Shown: positions 9,816 to 20,506, counted from the stretch's first letter. The stretch is 64,000 bases of DNA from Thermodesulfobacteriota bacterium (GCA_034189385.1 JAXHVD010000008.1:32001-96000), one strand, 5' to 3'. The notes: generated from the letters alone by a model not told the origin. Numbers and translations are program-made.

Positions 9816-9832
9816 GGCAATGACTATGCCAA
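9816..9832 (-). promoter_or_regulatory. sigma-54 promoter P1 (porin)
   Basis: TTGGCATAGTCATTGCC. Confidence 0.8.
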
Positions 9833-9925
9833 GTGGAAGGCCCTTTGAAAAAAACATAACCGACTGATAGTTATCGAGAATTGATTCTGAAGATGAGGCA
9901 CTGGCAAGACCTGGGAGGCCACAGC

Positions 9926-9951
9926 TGTCAGCATTTTTTACAGAGTGTAAA
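9926..9951. promoter_or_regulatory. Enhancer-like motif copy 1
   Basis: TGTCAGCATTTTTTACAGAGTGTAAA, 96 bp from the -24 GG of P1. Confidence 0.85.
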
Positions 9952-9966
9952 GGACGCAGGGGATTC

Positions 9967-10896
9967 TCATGGGATGATCCACAGGGCCTGGTCGGTAGTC
10001 TTTTGGACCAACCGCATAGCAATCCGCCCCGTGAAAAAGGCATCCCTTTCGCCGCGTCGGCCTACGACAACGGTGCTGTAGTCTCCGGTTTTGGCTTCTT
10101 CAATAATGGTGGTGGAGATGTCGTAACTCCTGAGTCTGGTCTTTGTCTCTATTTGGTCTTTTTTCAACCCCACGGCCTCGAACCTTTGATAGGCCTTTTC
10201 GTAAAAACGCTCCATCCGCCTCTTGTCCTGGCGTTCAAGGATTTTCTGCAGTGCAGGGTTCTTTTTTTGAAAATCAATGCTATAGTAATGGCTCAGACAA
10301 GGTTGGACGTGAAACAATGTAACCTTCAGGTCTGGATGGGTGCCTACCATGTCGATAAGGTGATCAACATCTCGCAGAGAGTTTTTAGAGCCATCAACGG
10401 CAAGCATGATCTTCATGGAAATGGTTTCTCCAGAGATGACCCACACGGGCGTTCTCAGCGCATGTTCGACTACCTTGGCAGCAGTGGTGCCAATGAAGAA
10501 ATCTCGACTCGGCGTGAGGCCCCTCCGTGCCAAGACAATAGCATCATAGCGCCCTTGTTCAGCCTTTTTGATGATGTCTATAGCCAGCCCGACTTGCATA
10601 GGTCGGGCGATGACTTCGATTCTGTGTTCAGGTATCCCCTCACGCAGCATGATGTCTTTCAGTGCCCCAGCAGTGCACGCCCCGATTTCGGCGTTCTCTT
10701 TCACCATGGCATTGATGTGGGCCTTCATATCAGGCTCTGTCTCTGCCGCGTCAGAAAATATTGCTGGCACTAGTGCCTGCAAATGAAAAAGGGTATAGGT
10801 TGTCTCCTTTTGAGCAGCACAAACCTTGGCAGCGTACCGGACGGCCTGCTTTGAATAGGTGCAGTCCCCCACGGCGACTAGGATCTTTCTCCCCAT
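9967..10896 (-). CDS. Universal stress protein, tandem USP domains
   Basis: KILVAVGD...YDAIVLARRG...GTTAAKVV and IMLAVDGS...VVVGRRG. Confidence 0.9.
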   Translation of the reverse strand: MGRKILVAVGDCTYSKQAVRYAAKVCAAQKETTYTLFHLQALVPAIFSDAAETEPDMKAHINAMVKENAEIGACTAGALKDIMLREGIPEHRIEVIARPMQVGLAIDIIKKAEQGRYDAIVLARRGLTPSRDFFIGTTAAKVVEHALRTPVWVISGETISMKIMLAVDGSKNSLRDVDHLIDMVGTHPDLKVTLFHVQPCLSHYYSIDFQKKNPALQKILERQDKRRMERFYEKAYQRFEAVGLKKDQIETKTRLRSYDISTTIIEEAKTGDYSTVVVGRRGERDAFFTGRIAMRLVQKTTDQALWIIP

Positions 10897-11075
10897 GAAA
10901 CCCCTCCCTTGCTGAAAGCCCATGACCCATTCATTGCCACATCCACCTCTTTACAAGGATACACTGTGCTGCTGTTCCTCGTCTGGATCCCCTGGCCCCC
11001 CGATCAGGGTCCATGGCAGGCGATGGGGGCAATGGGCTTTAGCCTTTTTTTCTTACCACTGCAATAGTCACATGT

Positions 11076-12350
11076 TCAGGCTTTGGTGGCTTCCAAGGCC
11101 TTTGAAATAGAGATGTAAAAGGTTGTCCCTCTTTTCGCGCCCGATTCAAGCCAGACCTTTCCTTTGTGGGCTTCGGCGATTTCCTTGACAATGGCTAACC
11201 CCAGCCCCGAGCCCTCTGTCTGCTCCGATGCCGGGAGTCTTTTAAACATCTTAAAGACAGCCTCCGCATCCTTCTTTTTAATAGCCGCACCGTTGTTGGT
11301 GAGCGAGAATATGTGATAAGACTGGTCTTGGTCATAGCCTATAGTGATCTTGGCAAGCTTGTCTCCAGCATGTTTTAAGGCGTTGTCAATCAGGTTTCTG
11401 AAGACCCGGGTGATGGCCATCTGGTCCGCCATGATCTCCGGAATGGTTTGAGGCTCTGACCACGCGATATTTCGCTCTTTTAAGACAGGTGCCACGTCAC
11501 TTCTGATATGGGCGAGAATCCTTTTGATGTTGGTCCGTCTTATTTCAAAGGGGAACCTGTTAGACCTTATGTATTCATTAATGTCCCTGGTGAATGTCTC
11601 AATCCGTTGGGCCGCCTGCCTGATCTGCTCGCAGTACTTCTTTCCATTTTCATCTAGGCGATCTTCATATTTGTTTGCCAGCAGTCTGGCAAATCCAGAG
11701 ATGCCTACTGCCGGGTTCTTCAAATCGTGGGCAATGGTGTAGGCAAAGAACTCCAGCGCCTCCTTTTTTTCTCGGATCTCTTCTGCCTTCTTCCACAAGT
11801 CGTGGTGCAGCTTGGCCACGTTGGTGGCAATGGCAATCTGGCTTCCTATGGCTACGAGCAAATCGATCTTTCTTTGGTTGAGGGAAACCAGGTGTTTTGC
11901 GGCCAGATTCATCACCCCCACGACCTTGTCTTTTACGATGAGGGGCACGCAGATGATCACCTTAAACCCCTTGCCGGCTAGGAATGCCGACCTCTCCCCG
12001 TTTTCCAGGTCCGACACCTTTTGGGCGACAAAGCTTTTGGTCCTGGCGGCTTTGCCGGAAAACCCTTTGCCTATTGGCATGTGGCGTAGTCCCTCCACCT
12101 GTTTTTTGGAGATTCCTTTATAGGCAACGAGTTCTAAGTTCTCGCCTGTGTCGTCCATGAGGTAGATCCTGACGGCATCTACGTGAAAATGCTCCCGGAC
12201 CTTCATGATGGCCCGGTCCAAGATTTCCGTAAGGCTAAGCGAGCTTGTCAGGTCACTGGCAATGTCGTGGACGACAGCAAGCTCCTTGTGCCTTGCTTTG
12301 AGCTTGCTTTGGCTAAATCGAACGGATATGTATTTCTTGTCAACTAACAT
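11076..12350 (-). CDS. GAF-domain sensor histidine kinase
   Basis: GAF domain; H-box IAHDLKNP; N-box NLIDNALK; GSGLGLAI. Confidence 0.92.
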   Translation of the reverse strand: MLVDKKYISVRFSQSKLKARHKELAVVHDIASDLTSSLSLTEILDRAIMKVREHFHVDAVRIYLMDDTGENLELVAYKGISKKQVEGLRHMPIGKGFSGKAARTKSFVAQKVSDLENGERSAFLAGKGFKVIICVPLIVKDKVVGVMNLAAKHLVSLNQRKIDLLVAIGSQIAIATNVAKLHHDLWKKAEEIREKKEALEFFAYTIAHDLKNPAVGISGFARLLANKYEDRLDENGKKYCEQIRQAAQRIETFTRDINEYIRSNRFPFEIRRTNIKRILAHIRSDVAPVLKERNIAWSEPQTIPEIMADQMAITRVFRNLIDNALKHAGDKLAKITIGYDQDQSYHIFSLTNNGAAIKKKDAEAVFKMFKRLPASEQTEGSGLGLAIVKEIAEAHKGKVWLESGAKRGTTFYISISKALEATKA

Positions 12351-12465
12351 CCTCTTTGTCCCGCAGAAGGCCTATGAAGGATCCCTCTGTTCCACATGAA
12401 GCTCGCGATAAAGCGTTTTGTCACATGTTGGCCAGATATTGAGCGGTTCGGCGAGAAAGGGCCTA

Positions 12466-13164
12466 CTATCTCGGAATCCTGATGCGTCGCCTCTCAACCT
12501 CTTCAAGCAAGTCCCTGACAGTGTATAGGACCACGTACCCCTTTTCCAAGGCTTCTACCAGGGCCTTGGCCTTGTCATCAGCCAAGATCCCGATACGTAT
12601 GTATACGTTTCGGCGACCCTGTTCAGCCAGTTCCCGGGTGGAGAGAATACTATCGATACGCCCACCATAGGAACGGATCAGATTACTGGCCTCCTGGATG
12701 GAGCCTGGGCGGTCTTCCAGGCTCAGGGCAATCTGAATGCCAGCGGTGTAGACGCCCATAATGTTGATCAGCACCTTGAAGATGTCCGTTTGGGTGATGA
12801 TGCCGATGAGGGCGCCTTGATCATTCATGACGGGAAGCGATGAGATTCTATTCTCCAGCATAAGGATGGCAGCGAATTCCACTGTCTCATTGGGCCTGAC
12901 ACAGATCGGGTCCTTGGTCATGATGCTCTTGACGCTCACCGTTGAAATGAGATAGTTGAGTTCATACATATCCAAGGAAGTTGCCTTTGATGGAGAGGCG
13001 TCCCTCAAATCCCTATCAGAGACGATCCCTGCGAGCTTGCCCTTCTTGTTTAAGACGGGCAGCGACCGGATGTTTCTTTCCTTCATGATGATGGAGGCCT
13101 TCATCATGGGGGTATCCTCGTTCACTGTGATGACATCGTTGGTCATCCAGCCTTTGACTAACAT
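12466..13164 (-). CDS. CBS-pair plus ACT domain protein (AcuB-like)
   Basis: MLVKGWMT, GIVSDRDL, SPSKATSLD, GIITQTDIF, ACT motif LEDRPGSI. Confidence 0.88.
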   Translation of the reverse strand: MLVKGWMTNDVITVNEDTPMMKASIIMKERNIRSLPVLNKKGKLAGIVSDRDLRDASPSKATSLDMYELNYLISTVSVKSIMTKDPICVRPNETVEFAAILMLENRISSLPVMNDQGALIGIITQTDIFKVLINIMGVYTAGIQIALSLEDRPGSIQEASNLIRSYGGRIDSILSTRELAEQGRRNVYIRIGILADDKAKALVEALEKGYVVLYTVRDLLEEVERRRIRIPR

Positions 13165-13182
13165 AGAGTCCCCCTTTTTCTT

Positions 13183-13653
13183 TTAGGTGTGGACATACTT
13201 CACCTGGGTCCTAAAGGGATTGACGGTCATTACCGGCACTGAGGCCCTTCTGACGACCAGGTCTGCAACGCTGCCCATCAGTGTCCGTTCCAGGCCCTTC
13301 CTGCCGTGTGTGCCCATGATGATGAGGTCAATATCCTCATCCTGGGCGTATTTCAAAATGTCTTCTCCGGGGTTCCCGATGAGGACCTTGGCCTCGTAAT
13401 CGGAAAAATCGCTCAGTTGTTTCTTGCAAAAAGCCTCCATCTCCTCCTCGGCTCCGCGGGCGATTTCAGCCACCGTATTCATGAGCGTATCCTTTGGAAC
13501 ACTCACTGTGGTGAGATAAGAGATGTCCCGTGCCACGAAGAGCAGATGAAGGCGCGCATTGAATTTCTTGGCCATGTCAAGGGCCTGTGGAAAAACCTTT
13601 TCAGAACACTCTGAAAAGTCTATGGGAAAGAGTATGTTCTTAAATGTCTGCAT
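13183..13653 (-). CDS. Universal stress protein
   Basis: NILFPIDFS; DLIIMGTHGRKGLERTLMGSVA. Confidence 0.92.
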   Translation of the reverse strand: MQTFKNILFPIDFSECSEKVFPQALDMAKKFNARLHLLFVARDISYLTTVSVPKDTLMNTVAEIARGAEEEMEAFCKKQLSDFSDYEAKVLIGNPGEDILKYAQDEDIDLIIMGTHGRKGLERTLMGSVADLVVRRASVPVMTVNPFRTQVKYVHT

Positions 13654-13806
13654 GGCACCCTCCTTTTTTTCTTTTGATTTACTCGTAAACGATCTCGTCA
13701 ATGATATGCTCTTAGCCGGTGCCCCGCCATTTCACCATGACCTCGTCTCCAGAGACAAGATCTGTCAAAGCTGCGGACCATCTGTGCCTACTCTTGGTGC
13801 AAGGGG

Positions 13807-14259
13807 CTATTTCGCACTCCTCGAATGAATGGTCATAACGGGAACACTCGACTTTTTTACGACATTTTCTGCCACACTTCCCATGAGCATGTGCTCCAAT
13901 CCTCTTTTGCCGTGGGTTCCCATAATGACGAGATCAATATCTTCCGATTCAATGGTTTTTAAAATTTCCGTGATCGGATCCCCGGACACCAGTTTTCTTT
14001 CAAGGTCAGAGTACCCCTTCAACTGTTCCTCGCAAATCTTATCCATGGCCTTCTCCGCCGCTTTTAAGGCCTCCCCTTGAAAGGCGTCCATAGAAGTGTG
14101 GGGAATGTAAGCCTTGCCCCATTTTCCTAGATCGTCAACTACATGAAGCAGGTATATTTCACTGTCGTAAGCTTCAGCTACCGAAAGCACATAAGGGGCG
14201 AGCTCTGCTCCACTTTCTGACAAATCGCACGGAAAGAGTATCTTCTTTATTTCTGTCAT
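13807..14259 (-). CDS. Universal stress protein
   Basis: KILFPCDLS; DLVIMGTHGKRGLEHMLMGSVAENVV. Confidence 0.92.
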   Translation of the reverse strand: MTEIKKILFPCDLSESGAELAPYVLSVAEAYDSEIYLLHVVDDLGKWGKAYIPHTSMDAFQGEALKAAEKAMDKICEEQLKGYSDLERKLVSGDPITEILKTIESEDIDLVIMGTHGKRGLEHMLMGSVAENVVKKSSVPVMTIHSRSAK

Positions 14260-14422
14260 TGCATCCACCTCCCGCGTTGCCTGCATGTCGCATCTTCGGC
14301 ATACAGTTTATGATTAAAACCGAGCCCTCGTTGCCTTTGGACTCCATCGCAATAGAGACTGAAACCCTCTTCTTTGACCTCTGCGGCCATGGCCGACCCC
14401 TCTCACCTCCTTCCCACCATAC

Positions 14423-14860
14423 TTATCCCCTGCCAGGGCTCTGTTCCGCCCCCTGTTGTGACGCTGAGGGGCCGGAGGGAGCCCGGCGGGGATACCATTT
14501 CTCTAACACCTCTGCCACCGTCGCCTTGAAGCCTTGAATGTTGTTGCCGCGCTTTTCCCAGAAACAGGCTGCCCTCTGCACTGCCGGGTGCTTCCGCCAC
14601 TCCACATGGAATGTATGGACGATGACTGGAAGAGGCCTATCCCTGGTCTCCAGCTCTTCTAGTATGGTCAGCCCGTTGACATAGGGAAGATCTAGGTCGA
14701 GGATCAGGAGATCTGGAAGATGATCATCGCCGGTCATCTTCATGACCTCTCGGCCGTCCTTTGCCACTTGGACCAGATAACCGGCCAACATCAACTCGCG
14801 GCGAAGAAACTCTCGGACGTGTCGGTTCCGGTCGGCTATTAAGATGCAGAATCGTTTCAT
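14423..14860 (-). CDS. Stand-alone response regulator receiver protein
   Basis: ILIADRN...PDLLILDLDLP...VIVHT; start ATG 14860 lies downstream of promoter P2. Confidence 0.82.
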   Translation of the reverse strand: MKRFCILIADRNRHVREFLRRELMLAGYLVQVAKDGREVMKMTGDDHLPDLLILDLDLPYVNGLTILEELETRDRPLPVIVHTFHVEWRKHPAVQRAACFWEKRGNNIQGFKATVAEVLEKWYPRRAPSGPSASQQGAEQSPGRG

Positions 14861-14895
14861 GGCTGTAAAAGACTCCTCATGTGAGAAGGTACAAA

Positions 14896-14912
14896 AGCAA
14901 CGGCTATGCCAA
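14896..14912 (-). promoter_or_regulatory. sigma-54 promoter P2 (receiver-usp-usp-CBS-HK-usp)
   Basis: TTGGCATAGCCGTTGCT. Confidence 0.85.
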
Positions 14913-15006
14913 GATCGACACCCCGCAGTTAGCCCCATAACCCATTGGAAATAAATAGAATTACTACAAAACCGGTGGGCTCCTCCCAGAGCCATGTGGA
15001 AATCTG

Positions 15007-15032
15007 TGTCAGCATTCTTTACAGAGTGTAAA
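15007..15032. promoter_or_regulatory. Enhancer-like motif copy 2
   Basis: TGTCAGCATTCTTTACAGAGTGTAAA, 97 bp from P2. Confidence 0.85.
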
Positions 15033-15174
15033 GGGCCCCTTGAACTCAACTCAAGGGGTGAGGCAACCCAGGGCTCCCTGCTGATGCTGAAGGGGGAAAG
15101 GCCGGCTTAAAAGCTGTTTTTCGGGACGGGCTCAGGTGACCTGTGGCGCTGTGGGGCCGCTGGCATCTCCCCTC

Positions 15175-17886
15175 TCAGGGCGTCTGCTTTTGCCAGCGTA
15201 ACCATTTACACCCCTCGGCCAGGAGAAAGATGGGGAGAGCGACCAAAACAATCAAGCCCCAGTCTCCCCAAGCCAGTGGCACCGTGTGGAGGGCCTTTTG
15301 GAAAAAGGGGACATAGACTGCACATACCTGCAGGCCTATGGTAACGGTCCAGGCGAGCAATACCCAGGGATTGGAGAAAAAGCCGATCACTGAGAGCGGC
15401 ACACGGAGGGCGCGGTAGTTGAATACATTCATCTTCTCCAACACGATGATGCCGGTAAAGGCTGCTGTTTGGGCCAACAGCACCCCGTTTGCCCGGCTGC
15501 AGGCAAGATAATGGTGAAACAACCACAGGGCGGCGCCGCCGATGTATCCGCCCAAGAGCAGTACCATGACGATGCCCCCTCGATCCAGAATCGGTTCTTG
15601 GACTGCCCGCGGTGGGCGCTCCATGATCCCTTTCTCAACACGTTCAAGGCCCAGGGCCACGGCCGTCATGCCGTCGGTGACCAGGTTCATCCACAGAATC
15701 TGCACCGGAAGCAGAATGAGTGGTCCGCCCAAGAGGATGTTGACAAAGATGGCCACCACCTCGCCCATGTTGGACGATAGGAGGTAGCGCACGAATTTCT
15801 GGATGTTGTCGTACTGGCGGCGTCCCTCCTCGACGGCACCGATGATCGAGGCAAAGTTGTCATCCGTAAGGATCATGTCTGATGCCCCTTTGGCCACATC
15901 GGTCCCACGTAGGCCCATGGCGATGCCGATGTCGGCCTTTTTCAGGGCTGGGGCGTCATTGACGCCGTCACCAGTCATGGCCACCACCTGGCCCATTTCC
16001 TTGAGGACACGCACGATGCGCAGTTTGTCCTCTGGCGTCGTGCGTGCAAAGAGCACGGCTTCTTTTAGGAGATGGCGTAGACCGGTGTCGTCCATATGTT
16101 GCAGTTCCCTGCCGCTTATAGCTCTTGTCGCGTGCAGGCCGATGGACCGGGCGATAGACCGGGCCGTGGCCGCGGCGTCGCCCGTAATCATGACAACACT
16201 TATGCCTGCGCTGCGGGCCAGTCGAATGGCCGCGGGGACCTCCACATGGGGCGGGTCGATGATGCCCACAATGCCCAGCAATGTGAGGTCTCGTTCTATG
16301 TGTTCTTCATCCAGGGCAATTCCTTCAGGCAGGCTGCGACGAGCCAGTGCCAGGGTGCGCAAGCCCTGCTCGGCCAGGGCCTCATAGGCGGCTATGGCGG
16401 CCCGTCGGTCCCCATCGGTCATCTCCCGTTCCCCAACCTTTTCAGAAATGCGCGAGCAGCGCTCCAGGATCACCTCTGGAGCGCCCTTGACATGAGCAAT
16501 GAGGGCCTCGGGGAGGTGTTCTATGATTGTCATGCGTTTGCGGCAGGCATTGAAAGAGAATTCGCTCACCGTGTGGGCCCCTTCCTCCGGGTGTAGCAAG
16601 GCCTTATAAGAAGCCACTACCAGGGCTGCCTCCGTTGGCTCACCGATTTCGTGCCAGCCCCCTTCATCCTTGACAATGCGCGCGTGATTGCAACGCAGCC
16701 CTGTTTGGAGCAGCGCCATGAGATCCGGCCTCTGACGACAGTCGATTTTCTGTCCCTTTTCCTCAAAATGGCCTTTTGGGTCGTAGCCGATGCCGTTGAC
16801 TGCCAGCTCTCCAGAGGGAAGCCAGATGCGCGTCACGGTCATCTCGTTTTGGGTCAGGGTGCCGGTCTTGTCCGTACAGATGACCGTAGCCGCCCCCAGC
16901 GTTTCTGCTGCCTGCAGACGCCGCAGTAAGGCACGCCGTCGCACCATGGCTCGCACGCCCAGGGCCAGCGTGATCGTCACCACTGCCGGCAGCCCCTCGG
17001 GCACCACGGCCACAGCCAACGAGACACCGGTCATGAACATTTCCACCAAGGGTTTGCCGAGGAGCCAGCCGCTGACCGCCACCACTACGGAAATGGCGAC
17101 TGAGAATATGCCCAACTGCTTTCCCAGCACAGCGAGCTTGCGTTGCAGGGGGGTGACTTCCCGTCCTACAGTCTGGGTCAACCGCGCAATGCGCCCGAAT
17201 TCAGTGGCCATACCCGTTGCTGTTACCACACCGCGGGCCCGGCCGTTGGTGACCGCCGTGCCCATCCAGACCAGGGACGAGCGCTCGGCAAGGGGAGAGT
17301 CTTTGCTCACTGGATGAACGCCCTTGCTGACCGATTCTGATTCGCCAGTCAGTGACGATTCATCCAGGCTGAGATCGAGGGCTTCGACCAGCCGAAGGTC
17401 GCCAGGAACACGGTCACCGATTTCTAAGACGACGATATCGCCAGGGACCAGTTCTTTGGCATCCACGGTTTGCTCGTGGCCATTACGCACGACCTTGCAG
17501 TGGGGAGACAGCATCCGCTGAAGGGCTTCGATGGCCCGCTCTGCCTTCCATTCCTGGACAAAGCCCAAAACGCCGTTCAGCAACACGATGACCATGATGG
17601 TGACGGCGTCGGCCATCTCGCCTACGGCCACAGAGAGGAGAGCTGCTGCCAGCAGAATAAAGATCAGCACATCCCAGAACTGACGGGCCAATACCGCATG
17701 CCAGGACGCCTTGCCCCTTGTTTCCAGGGTGTTGGGGCCATACTGCTCCAGGCGGTGTGCAGCCTCGTCGGTGCTCAAGCCATGGCGAAAATCGGCATGC
17801 AGCCGGCAGAGGACCGCTTCGGCATCCAGGCTATGCCAGGCTGGCGTCTCGATCTTCTCTGTGGGCGACCCTTCCTGTGTTTTCAC
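15175..17886 (-). CDS. Cation-transporting P-type ATPase (P2A, PacL/CtpF-like)
   Basis: TGES, PEGL, DKTGTLT, KGAPE, GDGVNDAP, QILWMNLVTDG; probable GTG start overlaps the upstream stop (GTGA). Confidence 0.93.
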   Translation of the reverse strand: MKTQEGSPTEKIETPAWHSLDAEAVLCRLHADFRHGLSTDEAAHRLEQYGPNTLETRGKASWHAVLARQFWDVLIFILLAAALLSVAVGEMADAVTIMVIVLLNGVLGFVQEWKAERAIEALQRMLSPHCKVVRNGHEQTVDAKELVPGDIVVLEIGDRVPGDLRLVEALDLSLDESSLTGESESVSKGVHPVSKDSPLAERSSLVWMGTAVTNGRARGVVTATGMATEFGRIARLTQTVGREVTPLQRKLAVLGKQLGIFSVAISVVVAVSGWLLGKPLVEMFMTGVSLAVAVVPEGLPAVVTITLALGVRAMVRRRALLRRLQAAETLGAATVICTDKTGTLTQNEMTVTRIWLPSGELAVNGIGYDPKGHFEEKGQKIDCRQRPDLMALLQTGLRCNHARIVKDEGGWHEIGEPTEAALVVASYKALLHPEEGAHTVSEFSFNACRKRMTIIEHLPEALIAHVKGAPEVILERCSRISEKVGEREMTDGDRRAAIAAYEALAEQGLRTLALARRSLPEGIALDEEHIERDLTLLGIVGIIDPPHVEVPAAIRLARSAGISVVMITGDAAATARSIARSIGLHATRAISGRELQHMDDTGLRHLLKEAVLFARTTPEDKLRIVRVLKEMGQVVAMTGDGVNDAPALKKADIGIAMGLRGTDVAKGASDMILTDDNFASIIGAVEEGRRQYDNIQKFVRYLLSSNMGEVVAIFVNILLGGPLILLPVQILWMNLVTDGMTAVALGLERVEKGIMERPPRAVQEPILDRGGIVMVLLLGGYIGGAALWLFHHYLACSRANGVLLAQTAAFTGIIVLEKMNVFNYRALRVPLSVIGFFSNPWVLLAWTVTIGLQVCAVYVPFFQKALHTVPLAWGDWGLIVLVALPIFLLAEGCKWLRWQKQTP

Positions 17887-18302
17887 GAGGACTCTTCCGA
17901 AAAGTCTAGCGGTACGACCAACACCGGGCAGCACGCCAGTGAAATGACGGTACTGGTGGTACTGCCGACTTGCATACGCTCCACCATCGAGCGCTTTCTT
18001 CGGCCCAAGACAATAGGGTCCACCGGATATTCTTTTACATAGGCGGCAATCGTCTCCTCGGGCAAGCCAGCACGTATTGCTACCGCCTCAACGGCAACCT
18101 GCTCAAGAAAAGCGGTTACCAGCCCCTTTAGGCGGACTCGGGCCTCTTCGATTGCCGACGTGCTTGCCCCTTTTGGGCAAACATGGAGCACATGCACAGC
18201 TTGTTTGTAGCAGGCCGCGCGGACGGCTACATAACGGGCCAGGGCCTCGGAACCTTCGTCAAGGTCCAGGCACAACAGCATGGGTTGTGTTTTAGCTGAC
18301 AT
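17883..18302 (-). CDS. Universal stress protein
   Basis: LLCLDLDEGS; IVLGRR...VGSTTSTVI...CPVLVVP. Confidence 0.85.
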   Translation of the reverse strand: MSAKTQPMLLCLDLDEGSEALARYVAVRAACYKQAVHVLHVCPKGASTSAIEEARVRLKGLVTAFLEQVAVEAVAIRAGLPEETIAAYVKEYPVDPIVLGRRKRSMVERMQVGSTTSTVISLACCPVLVVPLDFSEESS

Positions 18303-19536
18303 GGGGCATCTCTCCTACTGGGGTTGTGCCTTGTGGTGTTCTTAGGTCTTTGCCCCAAAGGCGCACAAGGAGGGTAAAGGCCAAGGGGACGGTAATGGCC
18401 GTGAATGACGCCGCCGATACGAGAGCGGTGAAGAGGTGCCCATTGATCAGGTGGGCATGGAAAAGCAACTGGGCGACAATGATTTCCGTGGTGAGACGGG
18501 CATCGAGGCCAATGCCGATGGCCCAGGCCTCCTTGGCCGTGAGCCGCTTCATGGGCACCATGAGCAAGACGCCACCAAGTTTGCCTATGGTCCCTGCAAG
18601 ATACAAGAGGACAGCCAGGGCAGGTTCTCTCAACAAACCTTCCAAGTCGGCATTGAGTCCGACCCAGAAAAAAAAGAGGGGTCCCAGAAAACCATAGCTT
18701 ACCGATTGTATGGTCTGCATGACCTCCTCGCCCACCATACCCATGTCATTGAATGCCGGACGCATCAACACCCCGGCAGTGATGGCCCCCACGACCATGC
18801 CGAGATTGCCCTGTTCCGATAGACCCCCAAAACCAAGGAGCAGAACCATGGAAAGCAGCATCAGGTTGCGGGGCCGGCGGGGCAGCCAGGCGGCAAGGAA
18901 AGCGACAAGCCAGCGGTAACCGAGCCAGGCAAGGAGGACGAATACCAGGGCTCCCACAAGGAGTCCGGCGATGTTTCCGCCCACATCACCTGCCTTTTCA
19001 CCGATCCAGACCGATACGAGGGCAACCAGAAAGACTTCGATGACATCATCCAGCACGCCGGCGCCGATGATAAACTCGCCCACACGGGTGCGGATGAGTT
19101 CAAATTCGTCCAGGATAGGAACGATGACCGCCTCAGCCGTGGGCATACGCGTCAGGCCGATAATAAAAGCGAGAAGCCATCCGTAACCCAGCAGGAGCAT
19201 GACCGCCATGCCCATGAGGAATGGTACCGTGGTGTTCAATACGGTGAGCCAGATGATGTCTCCACTCTGATCCCGCATCTCTTTCAAGTCGATCTGAAGC
19301 CCAATAAAAAAAAGGAGAAACAGCACGCCAAGATCAGCCAAAAACGAGAGAGGCCCGTGGAGAGCCGGGGAGAGCAGACGCTCCCCGAGGGGCACATAAC
19401 GCACCGCCATGGCCACGAACAAGGCGGCAAGAATGCCGGGGATGCGTCTCCGCTCCAGGACTCCGGCCAGCAGATAGGTGGAAGCGAAAAAAAAGGCCAA
19501 ATCCAATAGAAGTTGGCCAACGTGGATGTCAGTCAT
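18292..19536 (-). CDS. Cation:proton antiporter (CPA2/KefB-like)
   Basis: Many TM helices; GVLFLLFFIGL, GAGVLDD, PLFFFWVGL. Confidence 0.88.
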   Translation of the reverse strand: MTDIHVGQLLLDLAFFFASTYLLAGVLERRRIPGILAALFVAMAVRYVPLGERLLSPALHGPLSFLADLGVLFLLFFIGLQIDLKEMRDQSGDIIWLTVLNTTVPFLMGMAVMLLLGYGWLLAFIIGLTRMPTAEAVIVPILDEFELIRTRVGEFIIGAGVLDDVIEVFLVALVSVWIGEKAGDVGGNIAGLLVGALVFVLLAWLGYRWLVAFLAAWLPRRPRNLMLLSMVLLLGFGGLSEQGNLGMVVGAITAGVLMRPAFNDMGMVGEEVMQTIQSVSYGFLGPLFFFWVGLNADLEGLLREPALAVLLYLAGTIGKLGGVLLMVPMKRLTAKEAWAIGIGLDARLTTEIIVAQLLFHAHLINGHLFTALVSAASFTAITVPLAFTLLVRLWGKDLRTPQGTTPVGEMPHVS

Positions 19537-19802
19537 GAGATCTTCCTACAAGCTGCACTTCCGGACATAGGGTCTTCCCCGGTGCTTTTCTCCTTTGCCG
19601 CAGCCGGGGCGTTGCCTTCAAAAGACTTTTTTGCGAAACCGTCACGCTTGATGTTTTTTCACGGTACAGAAAAAGGGGAAGGTTAGAGAAAACCGTCCCC
19701 CCTTTTCGAGAGAGATCCTCGTCGAGGCACAGGGGTCCCCTTTCGCATTGGGCGCGGCACACCCAAGCAGTGCCCTTGAGGAGTGATACTCTCAGTACCG
19801 GG

Positions 19803-20252
19803 CTATTCAGCCTTAACGTGGATCTTCTTTGCTTCAGCCTCTTTGGTCTTGGGCAGACTGATCTTTAGCACGCCATCCTTATAGGTGGCCTTCACCTTAG
19901 TGGCATCCACCTCGGCAGGGAGTCGGATCAATCGGGAGAATGCCCCATAGCTCCGCTCTACTCGATGGAAATCTTCGCCCTTCTCTTCGTGTTCGTTCTT
20001 GCGTTCTCCCTTGAGCGTCAAGACATTGCCTTGCACGGATAGGTCGATCGCCTTGGGGTCGATGCCCGGAATTTCCGCCCTTACGATGACTTCTTTCCCG
20101 CTTTCAGAGACATCGACAGAGGGCGTCCACTGGCCCTCACCAACAAAGGCGCTAAATGGCCATCCCTCAAAGAACCGGTCAAAGAGCAGGTCCATCTCTC
20201 GTCTAAAGTTCGTCATGTCTCTTTGCGAACTCCATGGTGTGAGACTATTCAT
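19803..20252 (-). CDS. Hsp20/alpha-crystallin small heat-shock protein
   Basis: WTPSVDVSE, AEIPG, ERSYGAFSRLIRLP, ATYKDGVL. Confidence 0.95.
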   Translation of the reverse strand: MNSLTPWSSQRDMTNFRREMDLLFDRFFEGWPFSAFVGEGQWTPSVDVSESGKEVIVRAEIPGIDPKAIDLSVQGNVLTLKGERKNEHEEKGEDFHRVERSYGAFSRLIRLPAEVDATKVKATYKDGVLKISLPKTKEAEAKKIHVKAE

Positions 20253-20317
20253 CTTCTCTCTCCTTTCTCAATGGTGTCTTAGGGTACCCTGCTGTAAGAC
20301 AGCTATGAGAGAAGGAT

Positions 20318-20334
20318 GGCAAGGGGCGTGCCAA
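20318..20334 (-). promoter_or_regulatory. sigma-54 promoter P3 (hsp20-antiporter-usp-ATPase)
   Basis: TTGGCACGCCCCTTGCC. Confidence 0.85.
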
Positions 20335-20429
20335 CAGAGGCGACGGTGCTGGGTGTGGCTAACTTCCTTAGAACAATATCTATTATGGAGCCTGTCGGGA
20401 GTACTCACAGGGGGGTGAGGAAGGAATCA

Positions 20430-20455
20430 TGTCAGCATTTTTTACAGGGTGTAAA
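20430..20455. promoter_or_regulatory. Enhancer-like motif copy 3
   Basis: TGTCAGCATTTTTTACAGGGTGTAAA, 98 bp from P3. Confidence 0.85.
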
Positions 20456-20506
20456 ACGCTCTGCTTTACAGATGGGGGATTGTCGTCCAGCTAGGGGAGT
20501 GGACGC

